DNA of 64,000 bases from Candidatus Woesearchaeota archaeon. Its GTDB lineage: Archaea; Nanobdellota; Nanobdellia; Pacearchaeales; GW2011-AR1. Below, piece after piece: positions 36,292 through 45,172 of the stretch. A program made the position numbers and the translations under genes. Position 1 is the first letter of the stretch; each line of letters opens with the position of its first letter. The stretch spans positions 215,656 to 279,655 of the forward strand of contig CAZBWB010000001.1 of assembly GCA_964495875.1 (NCBI GenBank). The letters are read 5' to 3'. Under the pieces are notes generated by a model. It was given only the letters and a program-made list of their open reading frames with translations. It searched no databases and was not told where the DNA came from.

Positions 36292-37728
36292 TTAAATATA
36301 CTTTTTAATAATTTCCATAGCTTCTCTTCCGGTAATCTTATCTCCCAACTCTCTCATCACCAACCCCATATAAGCATTTGCTGATAAACCTGGCTTTTCC
36401 TTTATTATTTTCATAATTTTTTCTTCCATAATATCAGCACCTTCTTTCTTAAACAAAACTGATTTTTCAGGAGTTTCTCCTCTTACAATTCTAATCAAAG
36501 CTGATTTTACCTGAGATTCTGAAATTTTTTTCTCTCTTAAACTTTCCAGTATAAAAGTTAAAACATCCCAGTTAAGAATTTTTTCAACTTTGTTCAAAGA
36601 AATTTTTTCATGCTTTGCAATTTCTTTTGGAAAAATCAAAAGAATTTTGGCAATTAATTGTGGCTTGTTTAAAATTTTCAGAAACTCTTTGAATTCATCA
36701 AATTTATTCTGTTTAAACAAAAGCTTAATCATTTCCTCGCTCAAACCAATCTTCATGAGTTCTTCTTCAATTTCTCTTCTTAATTTAGGCAAATCCTTTT
36801 TTGCTTCATTAATTATCTCTTTTGAAATTTTTAACAAAAACAAATCAGTTTCAGGATACATTCGCTCGCTTCCTGGAAGCGGTCTTAAAAATTTTGTAGT
36901 TCCGTCCTTCAGAGCATTTCTTACATCACCTTTTGTCTTTCCTTTTTTAATATTATTGAGTTGTCTTTCTATCTCTGAATCAACTGTTTTAATCATAATC
37001 TTAGGATTTTGAAAACCCTTAATCTCAACCCTTGAATGTCCTCTAATAGAAATATTCAAATCCTGTCTTATGGTTCCAATACCTCTCTTGACCGCGACTG
37101 TTCTTAAAATCCGTCCGATTTTCAAAGCAGCTTCTTTGATTTGTTCTGGGGTTTTCAAATCAGGAGCAGTCTTTATTTCGACTAAAGGAATTCCCAGCCT
37201 GTCTAATCTAAAAATTATTTTTTTATCAGTTTTCTCAACAATCCTTGCTGCATCTTCTTCCAAATAAAGTTCATCAATACTGACTTTTCCCTGCGAAGTT
37301 TCAATCCAGCCATCTCGCGCAATCATAACTGTCCTCTGAAAACCAGAAGTATTGCTCCCGTCAATCACAGTCTTTCTCATAATCTGTGTGATAGGAATTA
37401 TCTTCATATTAAATAAAACAGCTATCTGCAGGGCAATTTTCAAAGCTTTTTTATTTATTTCATGCGGCGGCTCTTCATCAAGTTCAATCAGGCAATTAGT
37501 ATCATATCCCTGATAAACAAACTCCTTATTTTTCAAAGCCTCATGCATAGCCGCTATATCAACTTCTCCTTTCTCACCAGCAACAGCATGAAGTTTTCTC
37601 TTAATAGTAAAATCCGGTTCATCCTGTCTTAATAGCGAAGGGCAGTTGCAGAATAATTTTCTCGTATCCAGCTGCTGATGAATCTCCAGTCCAGCTTTTA
37701 ATCCTAATTCTTTATAGTCCAAACCCAT
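36292..37728 (-). CDS. gatE: Glu-tRNA(Gln) amidotransferase subunit E, short form
   Basis: GLEIHQQL, IDGSNTSGFQRT, GIGTIRQDLN, RPLPGSERMYPETD; 478 aa. Confidence 0.95.
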   Translation of the reverse strand: MGLDYKELGLKAGLEIHQQLDTRKLFCNCPSLLRQDEPDFTIKRKLHAVAGEKGEVDIAAMHEALKNKEFVYQGYDTNCLIELDEEPPHEINKKALKIALQIAVLFNMKIIPITQIMRKTVIDGSNTSGFQRTVMIARDGWIETSQGKVSIDELYLEEDAARIVEKTDKKIIFRLDRLGIPLVEIKTAPDLKTPEQIKEAALKIGRILRTVAVKRGIGTIRQDLNISIRGHSRVEIKGFQNPKIMIKTVDSEIERQLNNIKKGKTKGDVRNALKDGTTKFLRPLPGSERMYPETDLFLLKISKEIINEAKKDLPKLRREIEEELMKIGLSEEMIKLLFKQNKFDEFKEFLKILNKPQLIAKILLIFPKEIAKHEKISLNKVEKILNWDVLTFILESLREKKISESQVKSALIRIVRGETPEKSVLFKKEGADIMEEKIMKIIKEKPGLSANAYMGLVMRELGDKITGREAMEIIKKYI

Positions 37729-37753
37729 TCAATAAAAAAACAAAAAGAGTTTA

Positions 37754-38575
37754 TTAAATTATTGAAGAACTCGGAGAGACAGTTCCTAAAAGCTTATGTC
37801 CATTAACTGACATATTTTTAAAATCTAAATTAATATCATATTTTTTAGATATCTCTTCCAATACTTTTTCTAAAACACCTGTTCCTTTAGGAATAATTAA
37901 TCCATCTTGTCCCTGAGAATACCATGTTTTTAATACTTCTAAATCTCTAGGAGAAGAAGTTATTCTTTCAAATTCGTGCCTGATTTTGTCAGATTCTTCT
38001 GAAACAAAACTTGGAAGACCTTTTCTGGAATTTTCAACATCAACAACACCAACAGAAACATCCATCACTGGACTAAAAATTATATGCCTGTTACTATAAT
38101 CAGAATGGTATAAATTTTCTTGTTCTTTTAATCTGTTTAAAGCTCCAAGATGAAGAGCACAAGCAGGATATAATGGAATAGGATATTTTTGATTTCTTAC
38201 AGCAACAGGTGTGGTTCTTTTCATAGAATTTAATTTTTGAAGTTCATATCCGTTGAGAAAACTCATCAAAATAGCTGGTTCTTCAGAGGATAATTTCAAA
38301 AGTGCAATGGGTTTTGGGGCTTTAAACGAGATATCATTAACTTTAGAATATTCTTCCAAAACTTTATTCCATATATCTAATGATAAAAATTCATATAATG
38401 CCTTTTCAGGCGTCCTCCTTTTTCTTTTTAAGATAACTCCTGAAGAACTAGCAAGAGCTATTTTAGAACTTTTCTTTTTAACTGAGTCATATCTAACAAA
38501 AGCCCCAGGCATAATTGATTCTAATTCTTCTGTTGTTTTTTCCAAAGATTTACTTAAAGATTCTATTGATTGCAT
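37754..38575 (-). CDS. protein-kinase-like fold hypothetical protein
   Basis: VILK, HSDYSNRHII (HxD loop) and VDVE (DFG-like) in kinase order. Confidence 0.5.
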   Translation of the reverse strand: MQSIESLSKSLEKTTEELESIMPGAFVRYDSVKKKSSKIALASSSGVILKRKRRTPEKALYEFLSLDIWNKVLEEYSKVNDISFKAPKPIALLKLSSEEPAILMSFLNGYELQKLNSMKRTTPVAVRNQKYPIPLYPACALHLGALNRLKEQENLYHSDYSNRHIIFSPVMDVSVGVVDVENSRKGLPSFVSEESDKIRHEFERITSSPRDLEVLKTWYSQGQDGLIIPKGTGVLEKVLEEISKKYDINLDFKNMSVNGHKLLGTVSPSSSII

Positions 38576-38690
38576 TTTCTACCAACCCCCTATTTACTTA
38601 TAAATCTTCCTATTGTAACTCCTGAGAAGTCATAACTAAAATCAAATATCAATCAATAACATTTATAATATTCCGAAGATAATTATAAAT

Positions 38691-39149
38691 ATGAAGAAGA
38701 AAGGGGATGATAAAAAAACTGCAAAAGAAAAAAAAGAGGAGAAAGAAGAGGAAAAGGAAAAAATACTAAAGCAATTAGATGGTTTCAGAGGTGCAAGAAC
38801 TTTTGGACAAAGAGCAGCAGATATATTAACAAAATGGGCTGGAAGTTGGACTTTTATTTTAACATTATTCGCTTTATTAATAATTTGGATGTTTATTAAT
38901 GGGTTTTTTTTATTACAATATGAAAGAGGAGAGCCTTTTGACCCTTATCCATTTATTTTATTAAATCTAGTATTATCTTGTTTAGCAGCTATACAGGCTC
39001 CAATAATTTTAATGAGTCAAAACAGAACAGCTCAGAGAGATAGATTAAAGGCAGAATTTGATTACAGAATAAACAAAAAAGCAGAAGAAGAAGTAAGGGA
39101 CATAAAAAGACTTTTAATCAAACATCTTGATCATAAAAAGAAAAAATAA
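38691..39149 (+). CDS. DUF1003 family membrane protein
   Basis: GSWTFI, PFDPYPFILLNLVLS.LAAIQAPIILMSQNR. Confidence 0.92.
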   Translation: MKKKGDDKKTAKEKKEEKEEEKEKILKQLDGFRGARTFGQRAADILTKWAGSWTFILTLFALLIIWMFINGFFLLQYERGEPFDPYPFILLNLVLSCLAAIQAPIILMSQNRTAQRDRLKAEFDYRINKKAEEEVRDIKRLLIKHLDHKKKK

Positions 39150-39539
39150 TTATACAATTCTCACAATATTTCCGTCTTTATCTAATTCAATAAAATGTGA
39201 AACCTTGCCATTCTGATAATCTTCACATTGATTTTCAGGCAAATTGTCCTCTTCTGTTCTGGGAACATGAACAATGTCAACAGCATAATCTTCACAAACA
39301 CCTAGACACTGGGAATTAATTTCTTCATTAAAATTTTCAAATTTACGCAAAGCACAATTTATTGCTTCCTGTTGCTCTAAAACATAATCAGGAGTTTCAG
39401 ATGGATATCCATGTTTAATCCAAACTCCTCTGCTGTCTTTAATCCATGAATCCTCATCTCCGCCAATGACAAATCTTACAAAAAACCAGCCAATTATCAA
39501 AATCCCAATAACAACCAAAATCAAATATATTTTTTTCAT
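39150..39539 (-). CDS. membrane-anchored hypothetical protein
   Basis: N-terminal TM, GDEDSW...WIKHG.P motif, four Cys. Confidence 0.65.
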   Translation of the reverse strand: MKKIYLILVVIGILIIGWFFVRFVIGGDEDSWIKDSRGVWIKHGYPSETPDYVLEQQEAINCALRKFENFNEEINSQCLGVCEDYAVDIVHVPRTEEDNLPENQCEDYQNGKVSHFIELDKDGNIVRIV

Positions 39540-40819
39540 TCTTCCAGCCTCTCATTAAACTCGCCTGCCATATTATCCAGCATTTTTTCTCTGATAATAT
39601 TCTTGTCTTTTGCCCATTCTTTATGTCCCAACACCCAGCCAAGTTTAACCAAAGCAGTTTCAGCAAGCATGTCTTTCAGATAAATAATTCCTGTCTTCAT
39701 CAACTCCCTGCCATTAGAATAAACCAAAGGGTCAACTCTCCCGAAAATACACTGACTCGTTCCGCAAACAACGAGTCCTTTATCCTGAACTTCCTTGAGT
39801 TTCTTAATCCAGCTTTTTCTCGCCCTTTTTGTAGCAACATGTCCCAAAGCTCCCATTTCCAGAACAATCCCCTTATATTTTTTCTTCAAATAATAATCCA
39901 AAATTTCAGGTTCCTGCCCAGGATAAAATTTAACCAAACCAACTTTCTCTTCAAACTTTGCATCTAATTTAACTTTATTTTTATTTCTGACATTATGCTC
40001 TGAAACAATCTCTATTCTGTTAGGAAAAATCTTTGCAAAAGGCTTGGCATTGACAACTTTAAATGCATCTCTTCTTGAAGTATGAAGTTTTCTGACTTTG
40101 GTTCCTGGCATTGCATAACAATAATCATCATTTGAAGAAGCATGTCCTACAAGCATGACTTCAGCAATATCTGAAATACCTGCCAAAGCAGCGCATTGCA
40201 GATTTAAATTTGCATCACTGCTCGCCCTGTCTATACTTCTCTGGCTATAAGTTAGGACAACAGGCTTATTTAAATGTCTCAAAAAAAATGACAGGGCTGC
40301 TGAAGTATAATGCAAAAAATCTGTCCCATGGGTTATTATCAATCCTCTAATATTATTATCATTCAAAAATTTTTCGGCAACTCGGGCAATTCGTTGCCAG
40401 TCCTTGAAATCCATATCTTCAGAAGATTTCATAAAAGGAACTTCTATTTTAGCAATATTAACTTTTTCAAAAAGTTCTGGATAAAATTTAAACAAACTTT
40501 CCGGAGTATTCAGGGGACTGACACCACCTGTTTTAGGGTCTAAATGAGAAGCAATTGTTCCTCCTGTAATAATCATAGCAATATTCGGCTTTTCTCTTTT
40601 TTTCTTAATCTCAACATGTTCCTCAACCTCTTTCGCCTTTTTCTTAAGTTTAATTTCTAAAATATCTTTTTTATTAAATCCAATATTATAACCAGAATCA
40701 ATTTTCAAAAGAACAATGCCTTTTTCAGAAGCAGGACTCTCGAGCAAAACACCTTCATAAATCAGTTTGGTTAAATGAACCTCGACATAATCGCCTGATT
40801 TTGCATTTGTTCTTTTCAT
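39536..40819 (-). CDS. gatD: Glu-tRNA(Gln) amidotransferase subunit D
   Basis: TGGTIAS, THGTD, SQRSIDRASSD, KLHTSRRDAF. Confidence 0.96.
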   Translation of the reverse strand: MKRTNAKSGDYVEVHLTKLIYEGVLLESPASEKGIVLLKIDSGYNIGFNKKDILEIKLKKKAKEVEEHVEIKKKREKPNIAMIITGGTIASHLDPKTGGVSPLNTPESLFKFYPELFEKVNIAKIEVPFMKSSEDMDFKDWQRIARVAEKFLNDNNIRGLIITHGTDFLHYTSAALSFFLRHLNKPVVLTYSQRSIDRASSDANLNLQCAALAGISDIAEVMLVGHASSNDDYCYAMPGTKVRKLHTSRRDAFKVVNAKPFAKIFPNRIEIVSEHNVRNKNKVKLDAKFEEKVGLVKFYPGQEPEILDYYLKKKYKGIVLEMGALGHVATKRARKSWIKKLKEVQDKGLVVCGTSQCIFGRVDPLVYSNGRELMKTGIIYLKDMLAETALVKLGWVLGHKEWAKDKNIIREKMLDNMAGEFNERLEE

Positions 40820-40906
40820 GACAAAACAAGTATTGAGAGATATAAAAATATTTGGACTAATCCTAAACCGGGAAATTTCCTATTAATTCAAGATCGCCAG
40901 AGTTAT

Positions 40907-41140
40907 TTATATCATAAATTTTGTCCAATCATTATCAAAACGAACCATAACATCACCTGTTTCTTCGTTAACAGATTCTATCTTGCCATGTCCTAAAGAA
41001 GATGTGACCTCCTCTCCTATAAGAGATTTTACCAAAGACCTGCTTTCTTCTGAAATTACAGCTGTACCTGTTCCAAATCGCCCCTTTCCAGGAATGCATT
41101 TCCACACACATTTCTTAGCAATATAATCTTCATATCTCAT
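40907..41140 (-). CDS. hypothetical protein
   Basis: 77-aa ORF with beta-rich C-terminus. Confidence 0.5.
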   Translation of the reverse strand: MRYEDYIAKKCVWKCIPGKGRFGTGTAVISEESRSLVKSLIGEEVTSSLGHGKIESVNEETGDVMVRFDNDWTKFMI

Positions 41141-41240
41141 GAATTTTCTTACAAAAGTCTATTTTTAAATTTATCCATCTTAAATAAAAGAAACAGATTT
41201 CAAAATACAACAGAAATTTTTAAAAAATTCGGGTAAATTT

Positions 41241-41441
41241 TTATGCCCACTGAATGTTTTTATATGGATGTTTTATCGCAATCAGGATTACGTCAATAAG
41301 CCACCATATTCCCAGTCCTCCGAGAGTAATCAATTTCAGCAATCCTGTCCCGACTTTGCCCATGATAAATCTGTCAACACCGAATGAACCGAAAAGTATA
41401 GACATTACCAGAACCAACACCCAATTCACCTTCTTTGCCAT
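41241..41441 (-). CDS. TM2 domain-containing protein
   Basis: FGVDRFIMG...GLLKLITLGGLGIWWLID. Confidence 0.9.
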   Translation of the reverse strand: MAKKVNWVLVLVMSILFGSFGVDRFIMGKVGTGLLKLITLGGLGIWWLIDVILIAIKHPYKNIQWA

Positions 41442-41481
41442 GAATTAATATAGTTTCTGGCTTTTTTAAAATTTATCAAAA

Positions 41482-41604
41482 CGGGCTCGCGAGGATTCGA
41501 ACCCCGATTAATCGGTTTCTCACAAACTTCGTTCGATATTATTAAACATCGCTTACGAACTCGCTCGCCGAAGCCGATTGTGCTATCCATTACACCACAA
41601 GCCC
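41482..41604 (-). tRNA. tRNA-Arg(TCG) with a 51-nt intron (41517..41567) at 37/38
   Basis: GGGCTTG/CGAGCCC acceptor, ATCGG-CTTCGG|A-CCGAT anticodon arm, CGGGG-TTCGAAT-CCTCG T-arm. Confidence 0.92.
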
Positions 41605-41675
41605 TGAAAAAAAGAAAACTATTCTGTATATAAGCTTAACGAATAATTTTTATATCTTGTTTATTTTATAATTCC

Positions 41676-42515
41676 ATGCCATTAAAAAGACATCATAAAA
41701 TACTTATTGGAAGTTTCAGTTCTCTTGTTTTAATTTTTATGATAATAATAAGCATCTTTGTTTACACGATGTTCATAAAACAAACTGTCGATTATAACAC
41801 CTTAGAAAACAAAATCTCTGAATTAGAGGCAGATACTCAAAGCAAACTAAACGAATTAACAATAAGTCTGCTGGAAACAAGAGAAAGTTTGGAAGAGAGT
41901 CAGGAAGAACTAACGCTTCTTAAGGCATCTGCTGGAGAGGATTTTTCTGGTATAATTGAAGATGCAGTAAAATCTGTCGTGACAATAAGAACAGATGTAA
42001 GCCAGGGAACCGGATTTATATTAACAGATGATGGATATTTAATAACAAATGCACATGTGTTAGTCGGAGCATCCAAGGTTCAGGTCATAACTTATGAACA
42101 GGAAATAATAAATGCACAGCTGACAGGATATGATGGAGAACTGGATTTGGCATTATTAAAAATTCCGGGAACTTATGATTCCATATCCTTAGATGATTCA
42201 GATAATGTTCAGGTTGGAGAAAAAGTTATTGCAATTGGAAATCCTTTGGGACTACAATTTTCTGTTTCACAGGGCATTATTTCTGCAATTCACAGAGAAG
42301 GTCCAAACGGACTGGAAATATATATTCAAACTGATGCAGCACTAAATCCCGGAAATTCAGGGGGTCCGTTAATTAACAAAAAAGGAAAAGTTATCGGAAT
42401 AAATAATTTCAAAGTTGGCGGAGGAGAAAGCCTTGGCTTTGCTCTTGAATCAAATTATATTAAAAGCACAGTAAATGAAATCGCAGTAGAAGAATTAGGA
42501 GAAGAACTCTTATAA
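41676..42515 (+). CDS. membrane-anchored trypsin-like (HtrA-type, no PDZ) serine protease
   Basis: TNAHV, DLALLK and NPGNSGGP catalytic triad motifs. Confidence 0.92.
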   Translation: MPLKRHHKILIGSFSSLVLIFMIIISIFVYTMFIKQTVDYNTLENKISELEADTQSKLNELTISLLETRESLEESQEELTLLKASAGEDFSGIIEDAVKSVVTIRTDVSQGTGFILTDDGYLITNAHVLVGASKVQVITYEQEIINAQLTGYDGELDLALLKIPGTYDSISLDDSDNVQVGEKVIAIGNPLGLQFSVSQGIISAIHREGPNGLEIYIQTDAALNPGNSGGPLINKKGKVIGINNFKVGGGESLGFALESNYIKSTVNEIAVEELGEELL

Positions 42516-42520
42516 TAATT

Positions 42521-42613
42521 ATACGTCTACTTTTTATTATTAAATTATAATTTGTAGACATATATATTCTTTGTACGTCTACAATTAGAAAGATTTATAA
42601 ATAATGTAGACAC
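42521..42613. promoter_or_regulatory. array of four alternating TGTAGAC/GTCTAC sites around the proS TATA box
   Basis: GTCTAC 42525, GTAGAC 42554, GTCTAC 42577, GTAGAC 42606; TTTATAAA at about 42594. Confidence 0.75.
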
Positions 42614-42621
42614 ATAAATGT

Positions 42622-44256
42622 ATGACATATACAGAAATTAAGAAAAAACCAAACAGGAAATACTACTATCGTGTAAAATCAATAAGAAAAGGAAAAAAAG
42701 TAAATAAAAAAAGAATTTATCTTGGAGCAAATCTAAATCAAAAACAACTAAAAGAAAAAGAACAAAAAGCAGATGAAGAACTTCTTGGAATAGAAAAACC
42801 AAAATCTGTTAAAAAAAAGCAATCAAAAGAAGGCATCAGTATTAGTAAGGAAGAAAATTTTTCAGAATGGTATCAGCAATTAATGATTAAATCAGAATTA
42901 GCAGATTATTCTCCTGTATCCGGAGCCATAATTTTGCGTCCGATGTCATATTCCCTTTGGGAAAAAATAAAACAAGCCTGTGACAAGGAGTTTAAAAAAA
43001 TTGGAATTCAGAATTCTTATTTCCCGCTATTTATTCCAGAAAGTTTATTCTCAAAAGAGCAAGAACATGTTGAAGGATTTACTCCAGAAGTTGCATGGGT
43101 AACTCAGGCAGGCAATACAAAGTTAAATGAAAGACTGGCGATAAGACCAACATCAGAAGCAATTATGTATGCATCTTATTCAAAATGGATTCGTTCTTGG
43201 AGGGATTTGCCACTGAAATTAAACCAATGGAACAATGTAGTGAGGTGGGAATTCAAAAATCCTGTCCCATTTTTCAGAACTCGTGAATTTTTGTGGAACG
43301 AAGGACATACGGCATTTGCAACAGAAAAAGAAGCATTAGCAGAAGGACCAAAAATAAGAAAAGCATATGAAAAAGTTGTAGAAGAACTTATGGCTCTTCC
43401 GGGAATATACGGCAGAAAAACACAAAAAGAAAAATTCGCTGGCGCAGTTTTTTCAGAGAAACTTCATTACTACATGCCAAATGGAAGAATAATCGAGGGA
43501 CCGTGCTTTCATCACGACGGGCAAAACTTCGCAAAAGCATATGACATAAAATTTTTGGATAAAGATGAAAAAGAAAACTATGTCTGGCAAAATACTTTTG
43601 CTATATCCACTAGAATGCTCGGAGCATTATTCGCCATACATTCAGATGACAAAGGATTAGTAATCCCCCCAAAAATATCAGAAAACAAAATTGTAATCAT
43701 ACCAATCTTTTTTGATAAGACAAAAGAAAAAGTTTTGAAAACAGCAAAAGAAATCAAAGAACAATTAAAGGATTTAAATCCGATTTTAGATGAAAGAAAA
43801 GATTTTTCACCAGGATGGAAATACAACGAATGGGAATTAAAAGGAATCCCAATAAGAATAGAAATCGGACCGAGAGATTTGGAAAACAAATCAGTGATAG
43901 TTGTCAAAAGAAATACTGGTGAAAAATTAAATATTAAAATAAAAGATTTAGAAATTCAAATTCCAAAACTTCTCGACGATATGCAAAAAGAACTTTTTAA
44001 GAATGCTAAAAAATTATTAAAGCAAAATCAGAAAAAAACAGAAGAGAAAAAAGAGTTAATTCAATTTATAAAACAAAAACAAATGGTTTTGGTTCCTATG
44101 TGCAAGTCAGAAGAATGCGAGGATATTTTAAAATCAGAAACAAGCGGAGCAAAAACATTATTCATCAATCCCAAAAAGGAATCAATAAAAGGCAAGAAAT
44201 GTATAATCTGCAAAAAGCCGGCACATTATTGGATTTATGTTGGCAGGACATACTAA
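42622..44256 (+). CDS. proS: proline--tRNA ligase (archaeal/eukaryal type) with an extra basic N-terminal domain
   Basis: FSEWY, AIRPTSEA, RTREFLWNEGH, HSDDKGLVIPP, WELKGIPIRIE, C-terminal GRTY; about 60 extra N-terminal aa. Confidence 0.95.
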   Translation: MTYTEIKKKPNRKYYYRVKSIRKGKKVNKKRIYLGANLNQKQLKEKEQKADEELLGIEKPKSVKKKQSKEGISISKEENFSEWYQQLMIKSELADYSPVSGAIILRPMSYSLWEKIKQACDKEFKKIGIQNSYFPLFIPESLFSKEQEHVEGFTPEVAWVTQAGNTKLNERLAIRPTSEAIMYASYSKWIRSWRDLPLKLNQWNNVVRWEFKNPVPFFRTREFLWNEGHTAFATEKEALAEGPKIRKAYEKVVEELMALPGIYGRKTQKEKFAGAVFSEKLHYYMPNGRIIEGPCFHHDGQNFAKAYDIKFLDKDEKENYVWQNTFAISTRMLGALFAIHSDDKGLVIPPKISENKIVIIPIFFDKTKEKVLKTAKEIKEQLKDLNPILDERKDFSPGWKYNEWELKGIPIRIEIGPRDLENKSVIVVKRNTGEKLNIKIKDLEIQIPKLLDDMQKELFKNAKKLLKQNQKKTEEKKELIQFIKQKQMVLVPMCKSEECEDILKSETSGAKTLFINPKKESIKGKKCIICKKPAHYWIYVGRTY

Positions 44257-44287
44257 TTACTTTAAATCGAGTTATTGCTAAATTTAA

Positions 44288-44458
44288 TTATTCATTGTTA
44301 ATGCCAATTGAATTAAGTTCATCTTCTAGTCTCAAAGTGATTTCCATAAGCTGACTTAATTCTCTTTCAACAAATTCCTGTTCCATCTTTTCTTTACCCA
44401 TTTTAATAAATTCAGAATCCTTAATCTTAAGCCTAAATTGAATAAGAAGCACCTCAAA
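44288..44458 (-). pseudogene. possible decayed gene fragment
   Basis: Protein-like frame FEVLLIQFRLKIKDSEFIKMGKEKMEQEFVERELSQLMEITLRLEDELNSIGINNE* preceded by in-frame stops, inside the largest gap (44257..44640). Confidence 0.3.
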
Positions 44459-44640
44459 TTAATTCAGACCCGAAAAAGAAGCTGAATTAATGTGAGGGAA
44501 ATTTAATTGAATTGTAGACTAAGCCGCATACATTCCAACATATCGTTCTTAGTCTCTTTTCCATAAAATCCACAAGAAAAATCTATTTTTATACTTTTCT
44601 ATAATCCATTATCTATAAAAAATCTGAAAAAGAAATAAAA

Positions 44641-45132
44641 TTACATTATACCATATCTTTTGAGAACATCTTCACTTACTCTGCATCCACTTCTACAAGT
44701 ATCTTCCCCCTCTGCTCTAAAGTCACATCCAATTGGATAGTTTATATTATATTTATCCCCTTCATCTGGATCTTTTGGTATTTCTTCCCAAGGTATCCCC
44801 AAATAACAACTATTAGAATTTTTTCTGGTTTTAAAAGGATATAAAGCCCATTCATCCATGTTAGGAATAGATTCGTGTAAGGCTGCTTGAATATCTCTTT
44901 CCATTATACCGAATTTGGCATATTTCTTGGCATTTCTATCAAAGCTCACGGTTCTCCCGCCAAATCTTAGACAATCAGTATATCTTACCACAGCCATTTC
45001 AACAGTCTTTTCATCCCTAAATCTTCTTGGATCTTGTTGTGTTAAAACTCTAGCCAACTCAGAAAACTCCATCTCTCCACCATTTTTTAGAACCTGATTT
45101 ATTGTACAAAAAGCATATGTGAATGTTGCCAT
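44641..45132 (-). CDS. hypothetical protein, possible N-terminal wHTH
   Basis: LKNGGEMEFSELARVL helix pattern; Cys-containing C-terminus. Confidence 0.55.
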   Translation of the reverse strand: MATFTYAFCTINQVLKNGGEMEFSELARVLTQQDPRRFRDEKTVEMAVVRYTDCLRFGGRTVSFDRNAKKYAKFGIMERDIQAALHESIPNMDEWALYPFKTRKNSNSCYLGIPWEEIPKDPDEGDKYNINYPIGCDFRAEGEDTCRSGCRVSEDVLKRYGIM

Positions 45133-45172
45133 AATACAAAAGACTTTTTTAGCCTTTTAAAGAAGATTGTTA

